Origin: the human T2T-CHM13v2.0 reference genome, Homo sapiens
DNA length: 64,000 nt
NCBI RefSeq assembly: GCF_009914755.1
Contig: NC_060935.1
Strand: one strand, 5' to 3'
Shown: positions 40,991 to 53,664 of the stretch, in pieces
Numbering within the stretch: the first letter of the stretch is position 1
Layout: the number at the start of each line of letters is the position of its first letter
Made by a program: the position numbers and the translations under genes
Notes under the pieces: generated by a model
Told to the model about the DNA's origin: nothing
Database searches by the model: none
Seen by the model: the letters and a program-made list of their open reading frames with translations, nothing else

Positions 40991-41319
40991 TAAAAAGTTA
41001 AGGATTTTTTTTCTCTCATTGAATATTCACTTTGTTAACTTTAAGTGAGTATAATTTCTTTAAACCTCTCTGGCAACGATGGGATTTGAAATTGGGAGGT
41101 GTTCCTGAATGTATTGAGTCTTTGCTTGAGTTTTTTAGCTGATGTTAAGATGCTATCTCTTCTTCCTTTCCTTTCTAATTTTTCTCTTATTGTGTAACTA
41201 GATTGACCATTTCAGAGAAATTAAAGAGAATTTTTACATTATTAAATAATCCTTTCCATTTGTTAAGTAGAATGTAAAAAAATTTGCACCTTTACATTAA
41301 AAATCAAAATAACCTTAAA

Positions 41320-42420
41320 TTTTTTTATTTTTTAAATAGTGATAATTTACGTACTGTAAAATTAAAGATTGCTTTGGAAAACAGGCAGTCTTCAAAAAGT
41401 TAGTCATAGAGTTACCATACAACCCAGCAACTACAATCCCAGCTGTATACCAAGAGAATTGAATACATGTCCACAGGAAAACTTGACCCTGCAGACCCTT
41501 TTGAAGAAACAGAATTCTGTGGCTTTTAATATTCATAATGTTGTGCAACCACCAGCACCACTATCTAATTTCAGAACATTTTGACACCCCCAAAAGGAAC
41601 CTAGTACCCTTTAGCTCCATTTAATTCCCTTTCCCCCTCATCCTTGGCAACTACTAATCTACCTTCTGTCTCCATGATCTGTCTATTCTAGACATTCCAT
41701 ATAAGTGGATTCATGCAATATGTGGTCCTTTGCGATGGGCTTCTTTCACCTAACATAATGATTTCAAGGCTCCTCCATGTTGTAGCATATACCAGGACTT
41801 CATTTCTTTTCATTGATGGTACATTTGGCTTTCCATATCTGTGAGTCCCTCATCCATGGATTCAAACAGACATGAATGAAAAATAGTTGAAAAAAATTGC
41901 ATCTGTACTGAACATGCACAGACATTTTCTTGTCATTATTTCCTAAACAATACAGTGTAAGAACTGTTTACATAGCCCTTATAAAATATTATATTAGGTA
42001 TTATAAGTAATCTAGAGACGACTTAAAGTATATGGGAGGATATGCATAGGTTATATGCATATATCATTTCATATCAGGGACTTCAGCACCCATGGTTTTT
42101 GTTTGATTCTAACCAACCATGGATACTGAGGGATGACCATAAAGGGTTCTGGAACCAAGCCCCCACAGATACCAAGAGACAATTTTATTCCATCGTATGG
42201 GTAGCCCACATTTTATTTATCTAGTTACCATTTATAGGACATTTATGTTGTTTCCACTTTCTGACTGTTATAAATAATGCTGCTATGAACGTTTATGTGC
42301 AGGTTTTTCTGTGGATATGTATTAAGTTCTCTTGGGTATATACCTAGGATTGTAGTTGCTGTGTTGCATGATAACTTTATGATTAATTTTTTGAAGATTT
42401 CCTATTTTCCAAAGCAAACT
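41320..42420 (-). mobile_element. L1M (L1MB-like) 3' region containing a MER2 insertion and an inverted internal segment
   Basis: gttgtgcaaccaccagcaccactatctaatttcagaacatttt; ataatgctgctatgaacgtttatgtgcagg. Confidence 0.8.
41822..42185 (+). mobile_element. MER2 (TcMar-Tigger) element
   Basis: tgtactgaacatgcacagac...ttaggtattataagtaatctagagac...ggaaccaagcccccacagatacc; TA flanks. Confidence 0.8.
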
Positions 42421-43864
42421 GCTCTTTAATTTTAAGGTCCTTGTTTTATTCCACTGTCCTTGAGTCATTGGTATTATAATATTGGGAAGTGGAAGGGAGA
42501 GAAAAAAAATTTTTTTTACTCTGATTTTTCTTTTTATAAATGGACATTTTATTTAAAACCAGTGAGTTGGAAATGACCCTATTCTATTAGAGCAGGGAGT
42601 CAGAGCAGGGTGGTTTCAACAGAAGCGACTGAGGCCTCTTTACAAAATGCTAAAGGAAAACAATAGTTTTTGGTTGGAAACCAAAATGTTCATTCAGTGA
42701 CATTCCATTCAGTGGTATCAAGGTGACATTTTTTTTGGCAAGATACTCTGTCATGGTTTGTAATTTTTACATTTGTAGGAATGTTTTCCCCACTATTTAG
42801 TGTTTCTGCCTTTTTGAATGCACATGGTTAATGGATTTTCACATTCTACTGGATTCATTCATATGCATTTGTCAAAACCTGAATTCATTCAATTCATTTC
42901 TGATTTTAAATTGCTGTTTATTTTTCACCAAAGATGAGCCAGTTTTAGTACCTGCAAAGAGTAGTTTTTCAATAGCTCACTGAGAGAAATGGACTGGGTT
43001 CCTACTTGGAGAAGTGATGATAAATTGATGGAACAAACCATGAAGAATGTAGTAAATCAAACATGCACATGACTGAAAACCCATCTCCTCTGTTTATTTC
43101 TCTGAAGATAGATCTCAACTAGTTCCGTCAGGGTTTTTTTTTTTTCCCCTGAGATATGACAGTTTTGGCCAAAGATTGAAAATGTAGCCATGTGCCAGAG
43201 AGATATATGAGCCTACTAACTCCATGGCTATTTTATGAATTATTGAAATGTTACTCTTACCCTTAAAAAATGTTGCATTTGTGCTTTTATTCTGTTTTTC
43301 TGCTTCTGAGCAGCCTAAGACTTGCATATGTCACCAGGCAGCTGAAACCTAAAACATGTTCAAGGCTTTCAGGGATGAATGACCTTAAAGCTCAGGATAG
43401 TCTAATTTGAGACCTATGTTCTTATTATCAGTTCAGCCCCGAGCAGTAGTAACTGGGAGTTGCGGGCTGCCCGTGGACTCTTTGAAAGTTATGGCTCTGC
43501 TCTCCCCACAAAATGTGTTATGTATATTTACTTTATATTTTTCATATTGTTTCAGGGGTTTTGTGGCTTCCAGGAACCCCAGGTTAAGAACTCCTAATCT
43601 AAAGCTCTCCTGAACCTGTTATAATAGATTCCATACAAAGATCTTTTAGAGTTTTAAAAAAATTTCATCTCTTTAATTTCAAAGATATTATTTATTATAA
43701 GGTACTATTAGATTGTTTGGGGGGGGGGGGGTTGAAATCCTGTGATCCAGTCCCACCACCTGAAGTTTCCTCTATATATGTTTTTTATAGTACGTTCTTT
43801 ATATTCTACTAACTCACTGTGAACACTTTTAAATGTCATTAAAATATTATATGGGGGAGTCCTT

Positions 43865-44520
43865 TTTTTTCAATTTACATACAGTACAATTCACTGTTTG
43901 TGGTTCACTTCTATGGGTTTTGACAAATGCATAGTGATGTATCCATCGTAATCAAAGATGCAGTGTAGTTTCATCACCTCAAAAATGCCCTCTTGCTGCC
44001 TCCTCCTGATCTATTTTTTGTAGCGATGTGTGCCTTTTCTGGAATTTCTTATCAATGAAGTCATCTCATATGTAGCCTTTGGGGTCTGGCTTTTTTGGGT
44101 TTAGCAAGGTGCATTTGAGATTCATCCACTGTATTAGGCTGTTGTTGCATTACTATAAAAAAATACCTGAGACTTGGTAATTGGCTCATGGTTCTGCAGG
44201 CTATACAGGAAGCATAGTGGCATCTGCTTCTGGGGAGGCCTCAAGAAGCTTCCAGTCATGGCAGAAGGCATGGAGCAGAAGTAAGGGAAGTGGGGTGAAG
44301 TGACACATACTTCTAAACCACCAGATATCGCAAAGACAGTACCAAGGGGATGGTACTAAACCATTCATGAGAAATCTACCCTGTGATATCCGATTACCTC
44401 CCACAGGCTCCACCTCCAGCATTGGGGATTACAATTCAACATGAGGTTTGAGTGGGGACACAGATCCAAATCATATCATCCATGTTTTTGTATATATTAA
44501 TCCTTTTTTTATTGAGTAAT
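43865..44520 (-). mobile_element. L1M 3' end, interrupted by an MST LTR
   Basis: ctatgggttttgacaaatgcata; gcatttgagattcatcca continues as tccatgtttttg after the LTR. Confidence 0.7.
44130..44478 (-). mobile_element. MaLR solo LTR (MSTA-like)
   Basis: tgtattaggc...cagatccaaatcatatca; TSD TCCA(C/T). Confidence 0.88.
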
Positions 44521-44834
44521 ATTTTAGTCATCAAACTATTTACTATTAATACCTGGTTTACCATGTAGTACTTTTATTTACCTTCCTCAAAAACTGTGGT
44601 GCATTCTAACATTGATACTCCTTTGAGCCTTAATCATTTATTTAGTTTCAATTATGTTATTTTGTGTATAATATTTTATATTTTTCTAGTATGATACACT
44701 GCTTCCTTAGATGATGTAAATATTTCACATTTCTGCTTATGTTAGAATTTAGAGAAAGCAGGAGGGGTCCTTGAGGATATGACTGCCAAACTGCTGGAAT
44801 GTCTTTTCCCAGTGTGCACACATGGGTTGATGAT

Positions 44835-45015
44835 AAATGTTAGTACAGGCACCATCACATGCATTGCTCTTCCAGTGCTCATAACAGCCTTGAATGGTAG
44901 ATGTCAGTGTTCAGATTACACTGATGAGGAAACAGAAGCTTCCTGAGTTCATGGCCTAAGGACACACAACTAGCCATTAGTGGATCAGAAGTCAAATTAG
45001 TGTCTTGTGACTCAT
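44835..45015 (-). mobile_element. MIR SINE
   Basis: ttacactgatgaggaaacagaagct...cctaaggacacacaactag. Confidence 0.7.
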
Positions 45016-45665
45016 CTCCTATTAGAGTGTTTATTATTGTAAGAAAAATAGTGAACTGGACTTGGAATTTTTCTTTTACTTAATATCTTATTTAGTGTAA
45101 TATTTCTCAGAAAAGACAAGAAATAAAGATGATCAATAAGATGCACCATTATTTAATAGGGCGTTATGAAATTGTAGCATCATCAGTATCCTGTTGGGCT
45201 CTGTGAAATATTCATATATTAAGAAAGCAAGTGAGTAAGCAATTTAGGAAGAAGAATGAATTTTGTGCAAAGCAGCCTTAGAAGAAATCTCATTTTGCTA
45301 AAAGTCTTAAGGTTAAAATGCTGAATCAGAGTCCTTAACTGGCATACTGTGTCTCAGATTACATTCTTCTTTTATACCAATGCTCAGCACCCAGGAAGTG
45401 TGCAGTAAACAGTTGTTAAATGAATATTCCAAGTTCCGAAGATCCTTCCGGTTTTGGAATATGCTCTTTAGGGCTTTTGCATATTCATATGCCAGCCCTT
45501 TGCCTGCCATTCTTAACTTTATTCACTGCATGCATTATTTATATCACTTCCTCATAGTCCTTCAGTCAAATATCCCCATTGTTTTGGAATGATGAGGAAA
45601 AAAATAAGGTATTGAGAGGAAATTGTGTAAGTGCTACTTTATTGACAGGACCAATTCTGTACTGA

Positions 45666-46076
<411 letters not shown>

Positions 46077-47189
46077 TAGGAAGGGCAGAGATGTTTCTGG
46101 GCAAGATCCCCATAATTGTAGGGGATCAAAGTTGGGGTTTTCAAGTACACTTCAGCCAGTATATATTAGAGATGCACCAAATACATACACATTTGGCCAT
46201 ATGCCAAAGGATCAAGTATATAAATCAGTATTAACGCTATAACCCAAATCACCATTATAGAATAAATTTCTAGGAGGCAGATAAACTAAAAATATTGCAA
46301 AATATTTTTGTTAATATTACAACATTATTATTAAAAAGTGATGGGGCCAGGCTGTTAAAATTTAACATCATGGTGTGGGAACCATAATTTCTCAGCACTG
46401 TCAGTTGCTCTTGTGTTTCCTGTTCTGCACATCTGCCTTAGTAAATACATACTCACTTTCAGTAATGCATTTAATAACATCACTAACCTTTTTTGTGTTC
46501 ATAATTCAGAAAAAATTTTAATTTCTTCTCTAAATAATTTAGTGCCTAGGATTTATAGCTTGGGGAAATCTCAAAATCAGTCTATCTTTAACTACTGAGG
46601 ATGGTCAGCTATCCATAGCAATCAATTTTTATTTTAAATTTAAAAACTATGAAGAATTAATGCATTCTTGGAAAGTTGTTTTGAAGTTTAGTGGAAACAA
46701 AATGTGTTTTGATTACCTCACTTTTCTGTAAAATTTTCTTTTTAATCTTTACATTCCTTGTCGGAATCAAAAATAGTTTATAATAAATTTTGGAATTTTT
46801 CCTCTTCATGAAATTTCAAAGTTGACATTTTGCTTTTAATTCATACAATATGGGAAGACTTTAAGTCCTAAATGGAATTAAATAACTAAAATTTCAATTC
46901 AGTTCTTAAAGGTTATTTTGTTTTTATGAATGCTGTATGGCATGTAGGAACGTAATAAAGATAATTCTCTGTATTTAGGCTTCTAATATATTTTCTCACT
47001 GATAATCACTGACAGCCTAGCATGACTAGGGCAACAAATTAGGAAATTTGTTTTAAAAATCAGGCAGTGGGTCTCTAATACATTAAATATGTTTTTACTC
47101 TTGTGTCCCATTTATATTTGGTGTCAGACAACAGACATTACCATGTACTTTGCTGAGTTCTGGGGGAATGGAAATGAAAAGTGTGTTAT

Positions 47190-47340
47190 TATGTAGCATA
47201 TTTTAGGGTGTTACTGTGTGCCAGGTACTCTAAGTGCTTTACCTATGTTGTTTCATTTCACCTGCACAGTCGTCCTGTGAAACAGATGCTTTTTACAAGT
47301 TTTACTGAAGAAACGATGCTTAGAAATACTTGATGACTTG
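47190..47340 (-). mobile_element. MIR SINE
   Basis: tactgtgtgccaggtactctaagtgctttac. Confidence 0.7.
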
Positions 47341-48231
47341 TGTTATCAGGTATAGTATAAAGAAACATGTTTGGTCTTTGTCCCTGGTTCCTGGACAGAA
47401 CACCCTTAAACCCCTGGGATTTCCTGAGTGACAGGAGTGTCTCTGGTTTTACTTAAGAAGTCACCTTTCAGCACTTGGCATTTATACTAATGAGGTGGCT
47501 TAGGGTGGCATCTCTAGATAGCTTCAGGGTAGAGGCTGGTTACCAGAAAGACCAAACAGTTGATTAGAGGGTGGAGCTTTTAGCCCTATTCCCCCCACCT
47601 CCCTGGAAGGGAAGGGTGGCTGGAGATTGAATTATAAAAGCCCTTGAAAAGTGAGTTCAGAGAGCTTCTGCATGGGCAGACACATTCATATGCTGGGACG
47701 GTGGCCCACCCAGGAAGGGCATGGAAGTTCTGTGCCCCACTCCCGCCCCTTCCCTTGTCCTGTGCCCCACTCCCGCCCCTTCCCTTGTCCTGTGCCCCAC
47801 TCCCGCCCCTTCCCTTGTCCTGTGCCCCACTCCCGCCCCTTCCCTTGTCCTGTGCCCCACTCCCGCCCCTTCCCTTGTCCTGTGCCCTACTCCCGCCCCT
47901 TCCCTTGTCCTGTGCCTCTTCCTCTGGCTGTTTCTGAGTTTAGGCCTCCATAATAAATGGGCAATCATTAAGTAAAACCCTTTCCTGAGTTCTATGAAAA
48001 GTTGTAGAGAATTATGGAACCTGAGAGGGGCCTGTGGGAACCCGTGAATTTGTAGTCTACTGGCCACTGGTGTCCGAAGTGTGGGCAGTCTTGTGGGACT
48101 GAGCCCTTGACCTGTGGGATCTGTGTTAAGACACTCTGCATGGTTATTGTCAGAAATGAGTTGTATTGTTGGGCACCTGTTGGTACCTGTTGGATTGGTG
48201 TGAAGAGACACCATGCATTTGATGTTAGAAG
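47341..48231 (+). mobile_element. MER21-family LTR
   Basis: ggtctttgtccctggttcctgg, accagaaagaccaa...gattagagggtgg, gtcttgtgggactgagcccttgacctgtgggatctg. Confidence 0.8.
47730..47916. repeat. 30-bp minisatellite (VNTR), ~6.2 copies
   Basis: TGTGCCCCACTCCCGCCCCTTCCCTTGTCC x5 perfect, one copy with a single C>T, then a partial copy. Confidence 0.98.
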
Positions 48232-48659
48232 GCACCACAACAGGCAAGAAGCAGCAGAGGGTGTTCCAGGAGAGAAATAGCATGCACGAAGACTTGAGGT
48301 GGAAAGAGGCTTGACTAGTGCCGGTATCTGAAAGAACGTGTTGTAAACAGGTGTCTTACATTATCACATGTGAGATTTGAAATCTATTTCAGAATTCTAA
48401 TTACAACACAGAATTGGAGTGATCAGAATTGGGGAAAGAATACTTGCAGGAAGACGTATTAGGCAGCTGGCGCAATATTCTAGGCAAAAAAAAAAAAAAG
48501 GCTTGGGGGCCAAGGATAAGGAAAGTGGAGATTACCACATGTAAGGTATCATAGGAAACACCTGCATGTTTTACGAAGCTTATAAAATACACTTGATACT
48601 GGAAAAAACAAAAACACTGTATAGGCACATCCAAAGTTTTAATGATGAGATTTGAGATT

Positions 48660-48840
48660 CAGGGTGATGTAGGAGAAAACCCCTTGTGTATGTCCAGGTT
48701 TGTATGACCTTGGTAAGTAATTTAGTCATCAGAATCACAGTTTTGTAATTTCAAAAATGGGAACAATAAATCTTTTTGACCTACTTCATAGGCTTTGAAG
48801 ATCAAGTAAGATAATCTATGTTAAAGCACTTTGTACGTTT
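48660..48840 (+). mobile_element. MIR SINE
   Basis: tgtatgaccttggtaagtaattta...ttaaagcactttgta. Confidence 0.65.
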
Positions 48841-49126
48841 GTTGTAGGAGAATGCCACATCTTATTTGTGTTTCTTGCCATTATCAAAACCAAAACAAAA
48901 ACAACCAGTCAGGTAACATTTCTGTTTTGGGATATTTTCACCTGACCTACTTGTAAATGAGTTTTCCAACTAACTGTTTTAAGAAAAGTCATTCCTGTTT
49001 TAGGTGAAGTAATTTCCTCAGAGGTTCTTAAACTGTATTTCAGGAACTGCCAGTTATAGAGGTGACACTGATCTCTTCATGTGGGTAAAATACTCCCCCT
49101 TTCTGCCCAGGGCTTTAAGAGAGGAG

Positions 49127-49132
49127 CGTGCA

Positions 49133-49172
<40 letters not shown>

Positions 49173-49212
49173 TGTGTGTGTCTGTGTGTGTCTGTGTCTG
49201 TGTGTGTCTGTA
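49127..49212. repeat. (TG)n microsatellite grading into (TCTGTGTGTG)n
   Basis: About 17 pure TG units followed by TC-interrupted units. Confidence 0.97.
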
Positions 49213-49519
49213 TGAGGATGATAGGGGGTTCTTGTTTTGAGCAGGCTGGAAGGGTGGAGAAAGATGAGAGAACTAGTCAGTGAGGGGGTAGTGGTGGTAA
49301 CTTGCAACTTGGAAATATGAAGAGAAAGAAGCATGTTGACAGCCAGAATGCATAATCAGTCGGCCACATGTTAGGGGATCCATAAGGTGAAAACTGCTTT
49401 CTATCTCTATCAAATGTTAGACATTTAGCAGGGCTTGTGGAATTGATTCGCTCTTGATTGACTGCTCCCCAGAAATAGCAGAACCTGGCTTTCATTTTAA
49501 TGCTTATGTGGGTAACGGT

Positions 49520-49640
49520 TCTAGAACAGCTCATTTTGTTATCAGGGCAGGGACATGATTTTGTTCACTGCAGCATGTCCAGAACCTAAAAGTGTGTCTG
49601 CTATACATAATAGGTGCTAAATAAAGATTTGTTGAATGAA
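49520..49640 (+). mobile_element. L2 3' end
   Basis: agggcagggacatgattttgttcactg...taggtgctaaataaagatttgttgaatgaa. Confidence 0.75.
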
Positions 49641-49648
49641 GACATCTT

Positions 49649-50295
<647 letters not shown>

Positions 50296-50418
50296 TGTTT
50301 TTGTAAGGCATCCTCTCAGTGTTAATTAAACTGCTGTCTTCTTGGTTTCTATATTTAAGAGAGGTTTGATGTGTACGACTAAGCTTCTGTGTATATTCTC
50401 TTAAATATATTATGTACC

Positions 50419-50728
50419 TGTCTCAGTCACTTTGGGCTGCGGTAACAAAATTCCATAGACTAGTAATTTAAATAACACACATTTCTCAGAGTTCTGGAGC
50501 CTGGAAAGTTCAATATCAAGGTGCCAGTAAATTTAGTATCTCCTGAGGGCCTGTTTACTGATTTGTAGATGGCTTCTCACGTGGTGGAAGGGGACTTAGC
50601 TAGTTCTCTAGTTCTTCTTTTAAGGGTGCTAATTCCATTCATGAGGGCTCCACCCTGATGACCATCACATTGGGATTAGGGTATGGACATATGAAAGAAG
50701 AGGGGTACAAACATTGTGCATTATAATA
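50419..50728 (-). mobile_element. MaLR LTR (MLT1A-like)
   Basis: tgtctcagtcactttgggctgcggtaacaaaattccatagact...ccattcatgagggctccaccct. Confidence 0.8.
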
Positions 50729-51004
50729 CCCCTGTAATCCATAGAGTCTAGTTGATTCTCCTTCCTTAATATTTCTCATACCGATCCTCCACCTTCATCT
50801 CCACTGCCACTTCCTTCATTAATTATTATAGTTTTAAAACTGATATCCTTCCTTCAAATGTTATACCTTCCAACCACCCTTTCTATTGCTGCATTTCTAA
50901 GGTACTAATTTAGTTTCCTGCTAAAATGCTTAAACAGTTTTCCCTTACTTACAGCAGTGAGTTTCCAGCCATGGTGTCCTAACACACTGACATAACTGGG
51001 AACG

Positions 51005-51366
51005 GTGTCAGGCAAACTTGTCTTCCATTTGATTCCTAAATTAGATAGCTACAAAGATAAAAAAGCTACATACCCTCCTCACAATTTGCCCACAAGGATA
51101 TTCCTGTGGAGAAAGGACAGACAAGAACTCAAAGTCATCCCTCTGCTCATGTGAGAAAAATGCTTATCTGAGTGTTTCCTCTGCCCTATTGCTTCACTAA
51201 GCCAGACTAAGGCATGAGTGACTATTCCTCTACCTCCACCTCACATGTCAATTGTGTATTTAGTAAGAGGCTAATCAGAGACTCAAAAGAATGCAATTGT
51301 TTGTCTCTTATCTACCTATGACCTGGAAGCCCCCTCCCTGCTTCAAGTTGTCCTGCCTTTTTGGAC
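51005..51366 (+). mobile_element. Partial MER4A-type LTR copy (inverted duplicate of 51643-51996)
   Basis: About 92% identical to the reverse complement of 51643-51996; lacks both LTR termini. Confidence 0.9.
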
Positions 51367-51445
51367 AGTTGTGAGGTGATAGATATTTCAGAGAATATTT
51401 GACTCATGAAAATAAGTCAAAAGGAGGTAAAAACGAGGATGGTTC

Positions 51446-52056
51446 TGTCAGCCCAAAACATCTGAGACAAATCTCAACCAATTTAGAAAGTTTATTTTGC
51501 CAAGGTTAAAGGACACACCCATGACACAGCCTCAGGAGGTCCTGAGGACATGCGCCCAAGGTGGTCGGGGCACAGCTTGGTTTTATACATTTTAGGGGGA
51601 CGTGAGACATCAATCAGTATCTGTAAGATGTACATTGATTCAGTCCAGAAAGGCAGGACAACTCGAAGCAGGGAGGGGACTTCCAGGTCATAGGTAGTTA
51701 AGAGATAAACAGTTGCATTCTTTTGAGTCTCTGATTAGCCTCTTACTAAATAGACAATTCACATGTGAGGCGGAGGTAGAGGAATCATCATTCCTGCCTT
51801 AGTCTGGCTTAGTGAAACAATAGGGCAGAGGAAGCAATCAGATAAGCATTTGTCTCACATGAGCAGAGGGATGACTTTGAGTTCTGTCTGTCCTTTGTCC
51901 ACAAGGAATATCCTTGTGGGCAAATTGCGAGGGAGGTATGTAGCTTTTGTAGCTATCTTATTTAGGAATAAAATGGGAGACAGGTTTGCCTGACACAGTC
52001 CCTAGCTTGACTTCCCTTTGGCTTAGTGACTTTGCCGTCCCTATTTTCCTTTTATG
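51446..52056 (-). mobile_element. MER4A-type ERV1 solo LTR
   Basis: caatttagaaagtttattttgccaaggtt, gacacagcctcaggaggtcctga, cttgacttccctttggcttagtga; 4-bp TSD GT(T/C)C. Confidence 0.88.
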
Positions 52057-52719
52057 GTCCCATTTTGGTAAATTATCTCTTAAATCATTCATGAAATCAA
52101 AGATAGAGACAGAGCAGCTAAGAATGTCCATTTTCTTACCGTATGTGGCTAGAAAGTACATACTTCTAGGCTTTGCTAAAAAGACATAGTACTTCAGAAT
52201 GTTTTCATTATGGTGATACTATTTTTAACTTAGTGACTTGTGTTGTAAATGATAGTGGTTTTATTAATAAATTAAAGGTATTAGTCACATTATACTTTCC
52301 ATAATACAGGTATTCCACATTTTATTGGTCATTGTCATGAATTGACTGTAATGCCGCACAGACAATATGGTATAGCACCAACATTGCAGTCATTTTGTAG
52401 GTCAGGAAATAGCAAGGCCTGGATGTTGTCAATTACAAGAGTCACATTAAAACAAATCCAAATAGCATTTTATCCATTTGAAAGTAAATTTTTATTACTT
52501 TGAATTCGTATTTTCTTTATATACCAATGTAAATAAACATTTATATTGGAATACTGAGTTAAGGTATTTATATTAAGTTTAACTTTCAAATTATTCTCTT
52601 ATTAAATTGTAGGTATTTTGTGAGGGTCACTTTATAATGCTAAAGGGGCATAGTAAATTGTGGCATTATATATTAATACACTTGAATAATGTATTCTGCT
52701 CAAAGTGTCAGAGTGCAGA

Positions 52720-53662
52720 TCTCAAAGCCAGCAGAGCAGCTGGAAATTAGAGGAATCGCCAGAGGCAGCCACAGAGAGGGTAAGCCTACCTCTGCCTGAA
52801 TTCTTGGCTAAGTACCACATTGTACAGGCTCAGGGGAGACCCATAGGAAACTAGAAGCCACAGGATCAAAACAGATATAAGCAGCTCCTTACTATGGATT
52901 AGAGTCTGCAGTTTTAATCTAGGCAAAGTACCTGCCTGTTAGAATACAAATTCAGGAGTCCTCAGGAAACATGATAGAATCTAGTGTTTCGGTAATATGT
53001 TATCTACAATCTCCAGTTTTCTACAAAAATATTAGACATGGAATTAAACAGAAGAGTGTGATCTATACCCCAAAAAAGGCAATCAGTAGAAGCTGACTTA
53101 GCTCAGATTTGAATTTAGCAAAGACTTCAAAGCAGCTATTTTAATTATATTCAAAGAATTAAAGGAAAATATGGTATCAGTGAATGGAAAAATGTTCTGA
53201 GCAGGGAAATGGTAACCATTAAAAAAAAAAAAAAACTGGAAATCCTAGAGCTGAAAAGTACAGTTACTGAAATTTAAAAAATTGCCAGGTGAGCTCAAAA
53301 GCAGTTTGGCATTGTCAGAAGAAAGGAACAGTAAACCTGAACACCCAGTAGAAATTGTCCTGTATGAGGAATAGAAAAAAAAAATGAAGAAAAAGGAACA
53401 GAACCTATGAGACCTGTGAAGTAGTCCAGTATACATGTGCTTGGAGTCCTGAAAGGAGAGATGAAAAAGAGACATAAACATATTTGAAGGAATAATGGCT
53501 GGAAACTCCCCAAATTTAGTGAAAAACATTATCAGATCCAAGAAGCTTGCAGAGTCCCAAGAAATACAAACACAAAACCATTCCTAGACATATCATGGTC
53601 AACTGTTATGATAAACAAAAAATTGTGAAATCAGCCAGAGGAAAATGATACTTGCTTACCCT
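52720..53662 (+). mobile_element. Old L1 ORF1-region relic
   Basis: A-rich; aaatcctagagctgaaaagtacagttactgaaat, ggagtcctgaaaggagag, aaactccccaaattt, cctagacatatcatggtcaa. Confidence 0.75.
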
Positions 53663-53664
53663 TC

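Noticed and set aside
43719-43731. G13 homopolymer (also a C run near 11224)
   Set aside because: Simple mononucleotide runs without further structure.
47644-48283. Four overlapping ORFs with 10-aa repeats (up to 208 aa)
   Set aside because: Artefact of a stop-free 30-bp tandem unit (multiple of 3) within an LTR.
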